This document shows positions 10,022 through 20,360 of a stretch of DNA of 49,711 bases, one piece after another. The position numbers and the translations under genes are program-made. Every line of letters begins with the position of its first letter. Positions within the stretch are counted from its first letter, which is position 1. The notes beneath the pieces were generated by a model. It had not been told where the DNA came from, ran no database searches, and worked only from the letters and a program-made list of their open reading frames with translations. The DNA lies in the sequence record SRR22947725_189. The stretch is one strand, 5' to 3'.

Positions 10022-11305
10022 ATGGCCATTGATTTACTACTAGGCTTACAATGGGGCGACGAAGGAAAAGGCAAAATTGTTGACGTTCTTACTAAAAAGT
10101 ACGACATCATTGCACGTTTCCAAGGCGGTCCCAACGCAGGACACACACTTGAATTTGAAGGAATAAAACACGTTTTACACACCATACCGTCAGGTATCTT
10201 TCACCCTGAAGCAATGAATATTGTAGGTAATGGGGTTGTAATAGATCCGGTTATTTTTAGGGAGGAGCTTGAAAACTTAACCCCCTTTGATATTAACGTC
10301 CGTGATTCCTTATTGGTTTCTAGAAAAGCACATTTAATTTTACCAACGCACCGTTTGTTGGATGCAGCTTCTGAAAAAGCTAAGGGAAGTGCAAAAATTG
10401 GATCAACACTTAAAGGAATTGGTCCAACCTATATGGACAAAACTGGGCGTAACGGTATTCGCGTAGGTGATATTGAACTTCCGCAATGGAAAGAAACCTA
10501 CACCGCGCTTCGTGACAAGCACCTTACCATGATTAAAAACATGAATGTTGCGCTTGATTTCAATATTTCAGATCTTGATAATGCATTTTATGATGCCATT
10601 AATTACATGAAATCAAGTGTTACTTTTATTGATAGTGAAGAGTATTTAAGCACTGCTCAAAAAAACAACCAACGCATCCTTGCAGAAGGAGCTCAAGGCT
10701 CGTTATTAGATATTGATTTTGGAACTTATCCATTTGTAACATCATCAAATACAACTGCAGCTGGAGCCTGTACCGGTCTTGGTATTGCGCCTAACAAAAT
10801 TGGAGATGTTTATGGCATTTTCAAGGCTTACACTACTAGAGTAGGAAGCGGGCCATTTCCTACTGAGCTTTTTGATGAAACAGGGGAAACCATGGGTCGT
10901 GTAGGACATGAATTTGGTGCAACTACAGGACGTGCAAGACGCTGTGGATGGCTTGATTTGATAGCGCTTAAGTATGCTGTTGAAATCAATGGCGTAACAC
11001 AGCTAATGATGATGAAAGGCGATGTGCTTTCTGGATTTGAGGAACTTAAAGTATGTACTGCATACTCTTATCGTGGAGAGATAATCCAACACCTCCCCTA
11101 TTCTTTAAACGAAAAAGAACTTACACCGCAATATACTTCGCTATCGGGATGGAAAGAAGACCTAACCACGATGCGTGATGAAAGCGAATTACCCACTACA
11201 TTCAATGATTATGTTGCGTTTATTGAGGATTATGTACAAACACCTATTAGCATCGTTTCGGTAGGTCCAGATAGAAGTCAAACTATTTTTCGAGACTTAA
11301 CCTAG
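10022..11305 (+). CDS. purA: Adenylosuccinate synthetase
   Basis: GLQWGDEGKGK, QGGPNAGHT, EGAQG, GTYPFVTSS, EFGATTGR. Confidence 0.98.
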   Translation: MAIDLLLGLQWGDEGKGKIVDVLTKKYDIIARFQGGPNAGHTLEFEGIKHVLHTIPSGIFHPEAMNIVGNGVVIDPVIFREELENLTPFDINVRDSLLVSRKAHLILPTHRLLDAASEKAKGSAKIGSTLKGIGPTYMDKTGRNGIRVGDIELPQWKETYTALRDKHLTMIKNMNVALDFNISDLDNAFYDAINYMKSSVTFIDSEEYLSTAQKNNQRILAEGAQGSLLDIDFGTYPFVTSSNTTAAGACTGLGIAPNKIGDVYGIFKAYTTRVGSGPFPTELFDETGETMGRVGHEFGATTGRARRCGWLDLIALKYAVEINGVTQLMMMKGDVLSGFEELKVCTAYSYRGEIIQHLPYSLNEKELTPQYTSLSGWKEDLTTMRDESELPTTFNDYVAFIEDYVQTPISIVSVGPDRSQTIFRDLT

Positions 11306-11311
11306 ACTTCC

Positions 11312-12985
11312 ATGAAAACTGCATCGTATTCTTGGGTATTGTTGCTTTTTACGTGGGGAATATGGGCACAAGAACAGGAAATTGAAATACGGCAAGCAGG
11401 GTCCTTTCAACTAGATGAAGATAATTTTCCAGGAGCTAATATCTTAGAGCGCAGTGCAACCAAACAGGTACACTTAGTTCATGAGGGCATGGACATTTGG
11501 TCAGATAAAGCTTTCTTTTATAAAAAAGAAAATAGATTCGATGCCTTTGGTAATATTCGAATTATACAAGGAGACAGTTTAAACCTTACAAGTAAAAGTG
11601 TGAGCTATAACGGCAACACTAAATTAGCCGTCGCAAAAGCCGATGTGTTTCTAGACAACAAAGAAATGATTTTGGAAACAGACACCCTTTATTTTGACCG
11701 CATCGAAAATAAAGGATATTATCCAACCAAAGGGGTGGTTTATGACAGCCTTACTACAATAGAAAGTCAGCATGGCACGTATTTTTCAGCGAGTAAAAAA
11801 TATCAATTTGAAAAACAAGTTGTTGTAACCCACCCTGACTTTACACTTACCACAAATAGGATGGATTTTTATACAGATATTAAGCATGCCTTTTTTTACG
11901 GCCCATCAACAATAGAAGGAGAAGACTATCTAGTACATTGCCGACAAGGGTTCTATGACACCGAAAATAAAAAAGGGTATTTCAAAAAAAATGCTTCTAT
12001 AGACTACAACCAACGTAATATGGTGGGTGATAGTATCTATTTTGACGACACAAAACAGTATGCTGCAGCTACATTTAACGTTAAAATGACCGATACTATA
12101 AATAACACTTTTTTAACCGGTAATTACGGACAGGTTTTTAAAGCAAAAGACTCTGCTATGGTAACCCATAGAGCGGTTGCGATAAATTTAGTGGCTCAAG
12201 ATTCATTATTTATTCATGCAGACACCCTAATAGCAACTGGGCCTCCAGAAGCGCGCATCATACGTGGATTCCACGATGCGCGTATTTTTAAAGAAGATTT
12301 AAGTGGTAAAATGGACTCGATTCATTTTAATCAAAAAACTGGGCGCGCTAAACTTATCAGGCGTCCTATCAACGATAGAGAATTGCAGTTTTTAACCCCT
12401 CAGGAGATTGCTGCACGAAATCCAATTTTGTGGTCAAACACAAGCCAAATGACAGGGGACGAAATCCATTTACTCATTGATACAGAAAAAGAGGTTTTGG
12501 ATTCGCTTTTGATTTACAACAATGCTTTTGTAATTGAACAAGACAGCCTAAACCCTAATAACTTCAATCAAATAAAAGGATTGCAGCTTAAGGGCAAGTT
12601 TAACGGAAGAAGTCTTGAAACTGTTGATGTGATTCAAAACACTGAAATGGTTTATTTTATTTATGATGATGAAACGCTAGACCTAGTAGGCATCGATAAA
12701 GCCATTTGTAGCGCACTACGTTTAGATTTTATTGAGAGTGCTATTGACAAAGTGACTTTTTTTACTAAACCGGATGGAGTTGTATATCCACCGAATGAAT
12801 TACCTGAAAATGTAAGGCAGTTACTTGGTTTCAAATGGCGAGACGAAGAACGTATTAGCAAAAAAGAAGACCTATTTCATGGGATTGACAAAGAACAGTT
12901 CACTTTACAGATGATTCCTACAAAAACTCCTCAATTAGATATTTCAAAATCTATACCGACTAAACAACTTAAACCAGCAAAGTGA
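11312..12985 (+). CDS. OstA/LptA-like beta-jellyroll protein (Bacteroidota OstA-like)
   Basis: Signal peptide (IWA-Q) and repeated short beta-strand motifs (AFGNIRIIQGDS, TDTLYFD, GDSIYFD, HADTL, MDSIHF, GDEIHL). Confidence 0.75.
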   Translation: MKTASYSWVLLLFTWGIWAQEQEIEIRQAGSFQLDEDNFPGANILERSATKQVHLVHEGMDIWSDKAFFYKKENRFDAFGNIRIIQGDSLNLTSKSVSYNGNTKLAVAKADVFLDNKEMILETDTLYFDRIENKGYYPTKGVVYDSLTTIESQHGTYFSASKKYQFEKQVVVTHPDFTLTTNRMDFYTDIKHAFFYGPSTIEGEDYLVHCRQGFYDTENKKGYFKKNASIDYNQRNMVGDSIYFDDTKQYAAATFNVKMTDTINNTFLTGNYGQVFKAKDSAMVTHRAVAINLVAQDSLFIHADTLIATGPPEARIIRGFHDARIFKEDLSGKMDSIHFNQKTGRAKLIRRPINDRELQFLTPQEIAARNPILWSNTSQMTGDEIHLLIDTEKEVLDSLLIYNNAFVIEQDSLNPNNFNQIKGLQLKGKFNGRSLETVDVIQNTEMVYFIYDDETLDLVGIDKAICSALRLDFIESAIDKVTFFTKPDGVVYPPNELPENVRQLLGFKWRDEERISKKEDLFHGIDKEQFTLQMIPTKTPQLDISKSIPTKQLKPAK

Positions 12986-14175
12986 TGCAACCTTTAGCGT
13001 CCTTATTTAAAAAATACCAAGCACAGACTACTTTATATCCAATGGGGTTGGAAATTGTACGTGCAAAAGGGTGCTATTTATACGATCAAAACGGTAAAAA
13101 ATACTTGGACCTGGTTGCTGGAGTATCCGCCTGTAGTTTGGGGCACCGCCATCCAAAAGTAACTCGAGCCATAAAAAAACAACTTCGAAAATACCTTCAT
13201 GTAATGGTTTATGGGGAATTTGTTCAACGAGAACCCGTATTACTTAGTGCATTGTTAGCCCAAAATCTTCCTGAAAACTTAGAAACGACCTACTTAACCA
13301 ATTCTGGCACAGAAGCCATTGAAGGGGCACTAAAATTGGCTAAGCGAGTGACTGGACGGTCAGAAATTGTAGCCGCAAATAAAGCATACCATGGAAATAC
13401 CATGGGCGCCATGAGTGTTATGGGTTTTGAAGAAAGGAAAAGAGCCTATCGCCCATTAATTCCAGGAACGAAATTTATAACATTCAACAACACAAAAGAA
13501 TTAGGTAAAATCACAACCAAAACTGCTGCTGTTATTTTAGAAACCATACAGGGTGGTGCTGGTTTCATAGTTCCTGAAAAGGATTATTTAAAACAGGTTA
13601 AAGAACGCTGCGAAGAAGTAGGTGCATTTTTGATTTTAGATGAAATCCAACCTGGAATTGGACGGACAGGATCTCTATTTGCATTTATGGATCACAATGT
13701 TGTTCCAGACATATTGGTTATTGGAAAGGGGCTTGGAGGCGGGCTTCCAGTAGGTGCGTTTATTGCTTCTCAAAAACACATGGCCTGTCTAAAACAAGCT
13801 CCCACTCTAGGCCATATAACAACTTTTGGAGGCAACCCTGTTATTGCTGCTGCTTGCCGTGCAACACTTTTAACCGTACTAAAAAGTAATTTAATTGCAG
13901 ACACACTCAAAAAAGAAGCTTTATTTCGAAGCCTTTTAAAACACCCTGAAATAAAGGAAATACGTGGAAAAGGCCTTATGCTAGCCCTAATACTAGAAAC
14001 TCCAAAAGCTGCTCAAGAACTCGTAAAAGAAGCTCTTAAAGAAGGAGTTTTGTTGTTTTTTCTTCTCTTTGAGCCTACGGCTGTACGCATCTCTCCACCT
14101 TTAACAATCACAGAAAAACAAATCAAACAGGGTTGTCGAGTAATCATGAATGTGCTCGATAAGCTAAACTGTTGA
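12985..14175 (+). CDS. Class III PLP aminotransferase (acetylornithine aminotransferase-like)
   Basis: YLDLVAG, NSGTEAIEGALK, YHG, ETIQG, DEIQPG, GKGLGGG, HITTFGGNP. The ATG overlaps the upstream TGA (TGATG); the ORF track starts at GTG 12982. Confidence 0.88.
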   Translation: MQPLASLFKKYQAQTTLYPMGLEIVRAKGCYLYDQNGKKYLDLVAGVSACSLGHRHPKVTRAIKKQLRKYLHVMVYGEFVQREPVLLSALLAQNLPENLETTYLTNSGTEAIEGALKLAKRVTGRSEIVAANKAYHGNTMGAMSVMGFEERKRAYRPLIPGTKFITFNNTKELGKITTKTAAVILETIQGGAGFIVPEKDYLKQVKERCEEVGAFLILDEIQPGIGRTGSLFAFMDHNVVPDILVIGKGLGGGLPVGAFIASQKHMACLKQAPTLGHITTFGGNPVIAAACRATLLTVLKSNLIADTLKKEALFRSLLKHPEIKEIRGKGLMLALILETPKAAQELVKEALKEGVLLFFLLFEPTAVRISPPLTITEKQIKQGCRVIMNVLDKLNC

Positions 14176-14253
14176 TTACTTTGTTAAGAATTGAAGAACC
14201 ACCTGTGATGTAGTGTTCATTTCTATTAATAGATTTATATCATAAAGAAATCT

Positions 14254-15642
14254 ATGGGTTTTTCATTTGATGATTTTTCCGATTTACCAATCGCTCGTTT
14301 TGAATCAATGCTCAAAACCAATGAAATCCAATTTTTTGATGCTACTGAATTTGAGGAAATCGGTCAGTATTATATTGACTTAGCCAACCTAAACATGGCT
14401 AAAAAAGCGATTGAAGTAGGATTAAGTCAGCATCCAGAATCTTCTGAATTAAGCTTGCTATTGGTTGAGTATTATATTCTTACCAACAATTTTGAAAAAG
14501 CCCGCGTTTTAATTGACACCATTCTAACATTGGAACCTTTCAACTCATTCGCTTACCAACATTTAGCGGTAATCCAATCTAAAGGAAATGAACATCAAAA
14601 AGCTGTGGAAACGCTTAAAATTGGATTAACGTATAGCAAGACGCATCAATACGAATTCCATTCGCTTTTAGCGATGGAATATTTGTATTTAGATGAGTTT
14701 TTTATGGCAAAAGAATATTTCATCAAGTGTTTGGAAGAAGAAGAGAGTGATAACAGTGCCTTGTACAACATTATCTATTGTTTTGAATCGCTTGACGATA
14801 TTGATGGTGCAATTATATTCATGAATACCTTTTTAAATAACGATCCGTATAATGAAGTTGCATGGCATCAACTTGGGCGTCAATATCTTGCAAAAGAAAT
14901 GTATGAGCAAGCCATTACTGCATTTGATTTTGCTGTTATCTGTGATGATACTTTTATTGGCGCTTATTTAGAACTAGGCAAGGCTTTAGAGCATCTAGGC
15001 CGCTATAACGAGGCGATTAACCACTATGAGATAACCCTCGGAATAGACGATCCAACAGCATTTGCTTTATTGCGAATTGGGGAATGTCACATCAAAATAG
15101 GTAATGATGCTTTAGGAATCAAATTCCTCAAAAAAACAATACATGAAGATCCTCTTTTAGAAAAAGGGTGGATTGCGCTGTGCTCCTACTATCTGCGCAA
15201 AAACGCATACGCCAATGTGCTTCACTACATTAAGAAAGCCGTTAAAATCGACAATACACAAGTACACTATTGGAAAATTTTTGCGCAAGCCAATAAAGCC
15301 TTAGGGTTTTTCGAAGAAGCCAGTATGGCGTATGAACGCATGATAAATCTTGGAAATTATGAAGTTCAAACTTGGTTGGACTGGGCTAGTGTATTGGTGC
15401 ATTTACAAGAATATGAAAATGGCATCAATGCCATACGTCAGGGATTAGATTTTCACCCAGAAAACAGCACACTTCAATATATGTTAGCTGGCTTCTACAT
15501 GATGCAAGCAAAGGCTAATGAAGCTTCCTTCTTTTTAAAGAATGCATATAAGATTAACCCAAAGGATCTAGATGTTTTCTACGAAACCTTTCCCTCCTCT
15601 AGGACAACACCCCTTGTAAAAGATACCTTGTTCTTAACTTAA
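14254..15642 (+). CDS. Tetratricopeptide-repeat protein
   Basis: Multiple TPR-like helical repeats (PYNEVAWHQLG, AYLELGKAL, ALLRIGEC). N-terminus FESMLKTN...FFD resembles a Bacteroidota TPR family. Confidence 0.85.
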   Translation: MGFSFDDFSDLPIARFESMLKTNEIQFFDATEFEEIGQYYIDLANLNMAKKAIEVGLSQHPESSELSLLLVEYYILTNNFEKARVLIDTILTLEPFNSFAYQHLAVIQSKGNEHQKAVETLKIGLTYSKTHQYEFHSLLAMEYLYLDEFFMAKEYFIKCLEEEESDNSALYNIIYCFESLDDIDGAIIFMNTFLNNDPYNEVAWHQLGRQYLAKEMYEQAITAFDFAVICDDTFIGAYLELGKALEHLGRYNEAINHYEITLGIDDPTAFALLRIGECHIKIGNDALGIKFLKKTIHEDPLLEKGWIALCSYYLRKNAYANVLHYIKKAVKIDNTQVHYWKIFAQANKALGFFEEASMAYERMINLGNYEVQTWLDWASVLVHLQEYENGINAIRQGLDFHPENSTLQYMLAGFYMMQAKANEASFFLKNAYKINPKDLDVFYETFPSSRTTPLVKDTLFLT

Positions 15643-15661
15643 TGTATTCCCCTTGATTGCG

Positions 15662-15669
15662 TAGTTTTA
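15662..15669 (+). promoter_or_regulatory. -7 element variant (TAGTTTTA) for DUF368-DUF368-aroE
   Basis: One mismatch to TAnnTTTG, 4 nt upstream of ATG 15674. Confidence 0.5.
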
Positions 15670-15673
15670 CGCT

Positions 15674-16618
15674 ATGAAAAAAGTGTTCCTTTCACATTTT
15701 GTTACTTTTTTAAAAGGGATGACCATGGGGGCTGCCGACGTAGTACCCGGTGTCTCTGGTGGAACTATTGCATTAATTACCCATATATACGAAAGGTTTA
15801 TTCGGGCTATTGACAAGGTTTCTTTCCCTTTAATACTTCAACTTTTTGGTAAAAAAAGAAAAGAAGCATGGCAAACATTAGATGGAGGTTTTTTACTCGC
15901 TTTGGTCTTGGGAATTGGAACAAGTATTCTTCTTGTGAGTGGAGGTATTTTGTGGTTACTCAATACGCACCCTATCCCGTTATGGTCTTTCTTTTTTGGG
16001 TTGATTCTAGGAAGCGCATTTCTACTTAAAACATCAGTAACAACATGGAATCTTGCTTCGATATCATTTCTTTTAGCAGGAGTCATCATTGCACTTGGTA
16101 TAGGGCTTATTGCCCCGAGTGGTGGATCCGAAAGTTTACTCTATCTTTTTTTCTGTGGCATGCTAGTTATCATAGCCATGATTCTTCCTGGTATTTCGGG
16201 AGCATTCATTCTAATTTTATTGGGAGTTTATGAAACAGCTCTCGAAATTGTAGAGCAGTTAAAATCATTTAGATTGGAAGGAATTATTGGCTTTTTAGTA
16301 ATGGCTACTGGAGGACTTATTGGCCTAAAAGTTTTTGCAAGAACACTACGCTGGTTGTTTACATTCCAAAAGAACAATCTTTTGGCAACGATGACAGGCT
16401 TTTTAATAGGATCCCTATACAAGGTTTGGCCGTGGAAAATGAACACTGAGTTTTATACCAATAGTAGTGGTGAACAAGTACTTATAAGCTCTATAGTCGT
16501 TTTACCTAATATCTCCGAGGCTTCAGCGCAATTCACATTAGCTATTGGTACTTTTTTACTAGCACTAATCATTTTGTTTGCTTTAGAAAATGTCAGTAAA
16601 AAAAACCATCATGTCTAA
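15674..16618 (+). CDS. DUF368-family membrane protein (undecaprenyl-phosphate translocase family), copy 1
   Basis: KGMTMGAADVVPGVSGGTIA and AMILPGISG signature loops; multiple TM segments. Confidence 0.9.
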   Translation: MKKVFLSHFVTFLKGMTMGAADVVPGVSGGTIALITHIYERFIRAIDKVSFPLILQLFGKKRKEAWQTLDGGFLLALVLGIGTSILLVSGGILWLLNTHPIPLWSFFFGLILGSAFLLKTSVTTWNLASISFLLAGVIIALGIGLIAPSGGSESLLYLFFCGMLVIIAMILPGISGAFILILLGVYETALEIVEQLKSFRLEGIIGFLVMATGGLIGLKVFARTLRWLFTFQKNNLLATMTGFLIGSLYKVWPWKMNTEFYTNSSGEQVLISSIVVLPNISEASAQFTLAIGTFLLALIILFALENVSKKNHHV

Positions 16619-17546
16619 ACGGTCAATGACAGACTACGGGCTGCTGCTTCTTAAGGGAGCCTCGATGGGAATTGCAAATAAAATCCCTGGTGTTTCTGGT
16701 GGTATTGTGGCGATAGTCACCGGTTTTTACAGCGAACTTTTATTCTCCTTCAAACGTTTAAATCTTAAAGCTGTATCCTTGCTTTTAACGGGTCGATTAA
16801 AAAGCTTCTGGCAATATATTAATGGAGCCTTTTTATTTGCTCTTCTGCTAGGAGTAATTATAAGCTATTTTACAGTTTCACTCATTTTAGATCTTGCCCT
16901 TAGTACATACCCAGAATATGTTTGGTCGTTGTTTTTTGGGCTGGTATTGGCTTCTGGGATGCTTTTATACCGAGATTATAATGCTTGGAACAAACAAACT
17001 GTTTTGTTTGCATGCTTTGGTCTAGCAGCTGGTATTGGTCTTAGTCTATTGCCGCCTTTAGAACAAAACACTCACGTAATCTATGTGTTCTTCTGCGGAG
17101 TAATCAGCATCGTAGGTATGACACTCCCCGGACTTTCTGGATCCTTTTTACTCATTCTTTTAGGGAATTATAGTCTACTTTTAGTAGATGCTGTAAATTC
17201 CTTTGGTAAATGGGTCGTGCTTCCTTTGTATCCCGCTACTGCCTTTTCTTCTGAGGATCAACAGCACGCCATTTTATTTGGAATATTTTTATTTGGCTCT
17301 GTTGTAGGTATTAGTGTGTTATCAAATCTAATACACCAAATACAACAGCGCGCTAAAAACGAGTTGCAGGCTACGATCATTGGTTTTATTTTTGGGTCGT
17401 TATTTATTCTTTGGCCTACGCGTCAAGCTTCCAATTCAGATATAGCAATGGTTGGGTATCCCTTATTTTGGACTATATTTTGGGGGATAATTGGTTTAAT
17501 ACTTGTTTTTATTTTAGATTATTATGAGCGAAAAAAACAATCATAG
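16611..17546 (+). CDS. DUF368-family membrane protein, copy 2
   Basis: KGASMGIANKIPGVSGGIVA and GMTLPGLSGS motifs. Probable start ATG 16611 overlaps the copy-1 stop. Confidence 0.85.
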   Translation: MSKRSMTDYGLLLLKGASMGIANKIPGVSGGIVAIVTGFYSELLFSFKRLNLKAVSLLLTGRLKSFWQYINGAFLFALLLGVIISYFTVSLILDLALSTYPEYVWSLFFGLVLASGMLLYRDYNAWNKQTVLFACFGLAAGIGLSLLPPLEQNTHVIYVFFCGVISIVGMTLPGLSGSFLLILLGNYSLLLVDAVNSFGKWVVLPLYPATAFSSEDQQHAILFGIFLFGSVVGISVLSNLIHQIQQRAKNELQATIIGFIFGSLFILWPTRQASNSDIAMVGYPLFWTIFWGIIGLILVFILDYYERKKQS

Positions 17547-18270
17547 GTTTGGACTTTTAGGTCGTGATATTGATTACTCCTTTTCTAAAACCTATTTTAC
17601 TGAAAAATTTGAGCGTGAGGAACGATTAACATTCAGTTATGAAAATTTTGATTTGCCAAACTTAAAGGGTTTTAAAACCCTACTCGCCCAATCAGATTTA
17701 AAAGGAATGAATGTTACTATCCCTTACAAAGAGGAGGTTATACCTTTTTTGGATGCGCTAGATGAGGTTGCTAAAGCAATTGGGGCGGTCAATACGATCG
17801 TCTTCAATACAAATGGAACAACCAAAGGTTATAATACGGACTATATAGGATTTAGGAACAGTATTACCCCTGTATTACGTGATGATATAACATCAGCATT
17901 GATACTTGGAACGGGAGGGGCTTCTAAAGCTGTCGTATTTGCTTTACAGAAAATGGGAATAAAAACTCAATACGTTTCGCGAAAAAAAACAGCAAACTCT
18001 ATTACATATGATGATATAACATCACTTATTCTGAAGACTCATAAACTAATTGTAAACTGCACACCACTTGGTACATTTCCAAATATTGATCTAAAACCAG
18101 CACTTAATTACAACTTGTTAACGTCAGAACATGTGCTGTTTGATTTAATTTACAATCCTTCAGAAACATCCTTTCTCAAAGAGGGACTACTTCAAGGAGC
18201 AACAATTGCTAATGGCGCCTCAATGCTAGTAGGGCAAGCAGAAGCGTCCTGGAGCCTGTGGAATAGCTAG
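17524..18270 (+). CDS. aroE: Shikimate dehydrogenase
   Basis: YSFS, NVTIPYK, IGAVNT, GYNTD, LGTGGA, NCTPLG, DLIYNP. Confidence 0.95.
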   Translation: MSEKNNHRFGLLGRDIDYSFSKTYFTEKFEREERLTFSYENFDLPNLKGFKTLLAQSDLKGMNVTIPYKEEVIPFLDALDEVAKAIGAVNTIVFNTNGTTKGYNTDYIGFRNSITPVLRDDITSALILGTGGASKAVVFALQKMGIKTQYVSRKKTANSITYDDITSLILKTHKLIVNCTPLGTFPNIDLKPALNYNLLTSEHVLFDLIYNPSETSFLKEGLLQGATIANGASMLVGQAEASWSLWNS

Positions 18271-18320
18271 ATTATTTTGACCCCTATGCGATAAGTTGTA
18301 TATTCGAATAGATTAAATTC

Positions 18321-20360
18321 ATGACTATGTTGGAAAACACCGACAACGATTTGCCACAAGCAAACGAAGAAAACGTAAGTAAAAAAACTTCTAAACCCAA
18401 ATCGAAATCTAAGGATGAGATTGAAGCTAACGATGCCCCTTCTTTGGATTCCACGGCAACTATAAAAAAGGAAGCTGCTGATGACACCCCTGTAGAAGTA
18501 GTTAATACACAGGAACAAGAATCTACTGAAACTTCTATAGAAGACAACAATTCGGAAGTAGATTTAGCCACGGAGACTAAAGAAGCACAAGAAGAAGCTA
18601 CTGAAGAAGCTACTGAAGAAGTTATTGAAAGCAAAACCGCAACTGTTGAAAAAGAACAGTTTGAGAATATGGAGCTAAAAGAGCTCGTTGCCTTCTTTTC
18701 AACAACAATCCAGAATGAGTCGGTTCAACATATAAAGCCTACAGTAGACATGTTGGTAAGTGTGTTTGACCAAAAACTTGATGCGCAAGCCAAAGTGCAA
18801 AAAGAGGCTTTTATCGCATCAGGGGAAAACCCAGATGCATTCTACTTTAATCCACCAGAAAAAAAGGAATTTGCAGCCTTACTGCGTCGCTATAAGTCAG
18901 ACAGAGGCACCTATTATAAGAGCCTAGAAGAAAAACAACAACAAAACCTTACTTACCGGCTTAAACTGATTGAAGAGCTAAAAGGACTGATAAACGTTGA
19001 GCAAGAAATAAATACGACCTATAACCAGTTTAAGGATTTACAAAACCGTTGGAAAGAATCGGGTCAAGTTCCAAGAATGGAAACAAATAATATCTGGAAG
19101 ACCTACCACCATCATGTTGGTCACTTTTATGACTTTTTACACCTCAACCGTGAACTACGAGAACTTGACTTTAAATTTAATTTAGAGCAGAAACTCAAAA
19201 TATGTGAGCAGGCAGAAGAATTAGCGAGTTTGGAAGATATTTCAAAAGCTTTCCGTCGCTTACAAACACTCCATAAAAAATGGAAAGATGAACTAGGTCC
19301 TGTTGACAAAGAACATAGTGAGCAAGTTTGGGAGCGTTTTAGTGAAGCCACCAAAATAATCCACGATAAACGTAGGTATTTTATCAAAAATCAAGAAGAG
19401 GTTTTTGAAGCTAATTTGGTTAAAAAACAAGCTATACTTACTCAAATTAAAGACTTGTTGGAAGATGACTTCAACGACAAAACAAATATTCACAACATAA
19501 GTAAAACTTATGACGGGCTTCGGGAATCCTTTTTTGCAGTAGGTAGAGTACCCGCAAAAAAACGTGATGATCTTTGGATAGATTTTAAACAAATGGCACG
19601 CGTATTCAGTAAAAAACGCAATCTGTTTTATAAAAATCTTAAAAAAGTTTATGCTGGCAATGTCGCCAAACGAAAGGAATTAATTGAAAGAGCCGAAGTA
19701 TTTAAAACAGATACAAATTTCAGAGAAACAACACCAAAGATTATAGATCTACAGAAAGAATGGAAAACATTAGGTCCCGTAAGTAGAAAAGATCATAATC
19801 AACTGTGGACTCGTTTTAGGGCTGCTTGTAACGGCTATTTTGAATTAATGGACGCTTCTAGAAATAAGGCTAGCCACGAAGAAGAAGAAAACCTGACGCA
19901 GAAAATTGCCATACTTGAAAAACTAAAAACCAGTAATGACTCTAAAGATTTGGATGATAAACTGGATATCGATGCTCTTGTTGAAAAATGGAACAGCATT
20001 GGACGAATACCAAAAAATAAATTAAGCCTAGTCCAAGAGTTTAGTCGTGTTGTTGAACAGGCCTATAAAGCATCTGGGCTGTCAAAAAGTGAGATCACGC
20101 AGAAGAGCTATAAAAATAAATTGAATAGCATGCGAGGCGATGACGATACAATGCGACGAGAGATTCAATCCTTAAATAGGCGAATTGATGAAATTAAGCA
20201 AGAGGTCATTCAACTTGAGACTAACTTACAGTTTTTTGGGAAAAATCAAGAAAGCAATCCAATAGTAGTTAAAGTTCGCGACGATATTGCACAGCATCAA
20301 GAAAGGATTGACCAATTACTGGAGAAAAAACGCTTAGTCAAGCAATTACAAAAAGGCTAA
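18321..20360 (+). CDS. DUF349-domain helical repeat protein
   Basis: Repeated units of the form LQxxWKxxGxV...LWxRF (e.g. LQNRWKESGQV, LHKKWKDELGPV, LQKEWKTLGPV) after an acidic disordered N-terminus. Confidence 0.85.
   Translation: MTMLENTDNDLPQANEENVSKKTSKPKSKSKDEIEANDAPSLDSTATIKKEAADDTPVEVVNTQEQESTETSIEDNNSEVDLATETKEAQEEATEEATEEVIESKTATVEKEQFENMELKELVAFFSTTIQNESVQHIKPTVDMLVSVFDQKLDAQAKVQKEAFIASGENPDAFYFNPPEKKEFAALLRRYKSDRGTYYKSLEEKQQQNLTYRLKLIEELKGLINVEQEINTTYNQFKDLQNRWKESGQVPRMETNNIWKTYHHHVGHFYDFLHLNRELRELDFKFNLEQKLKICEQAEELASLEDISKAFRRLQTLHKKWKDELGPVDKEHSEQVWERFSEATKIIHDKRRYFIKNQEEVFEANLVKKQAILTQIKDLLEDDFNDKTNIHNISKTYDGLRESFFAVGRVPAKKRDDLWIDFKQMARVFSKKRNLFYKNLKKVYAGNVAKRKELIERAEVFKTDTNFRETTPKIIDLQKEWKTLGPVSRKDHNQLWTRFRAACNGYFELMDASRNKASHEEEENLTQKIAILEKLKTSNDSKDLDDKLDIDALVEKWNSIGRIPKNKLSLVQEFSRVVEQAYKASGLSKSEITQKSYKNKLNSMRGDDDTMRREIQSLNRRIDEIKQEVIQLETNLQFFGKNQESNPIVVKVRDDIAQHQERIDQLLEKKRLVKQLQKG
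18591..18626 (+). repeat. 12-bp in-frame tandem repeat (GAAGAAGCTACT x2 plus one degenerate copy)
   Basis: gaagaagctact gaagaagctact gaagaagttatt, encoding EEAT-EEAT-EEVI. Confidence 0.8.
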
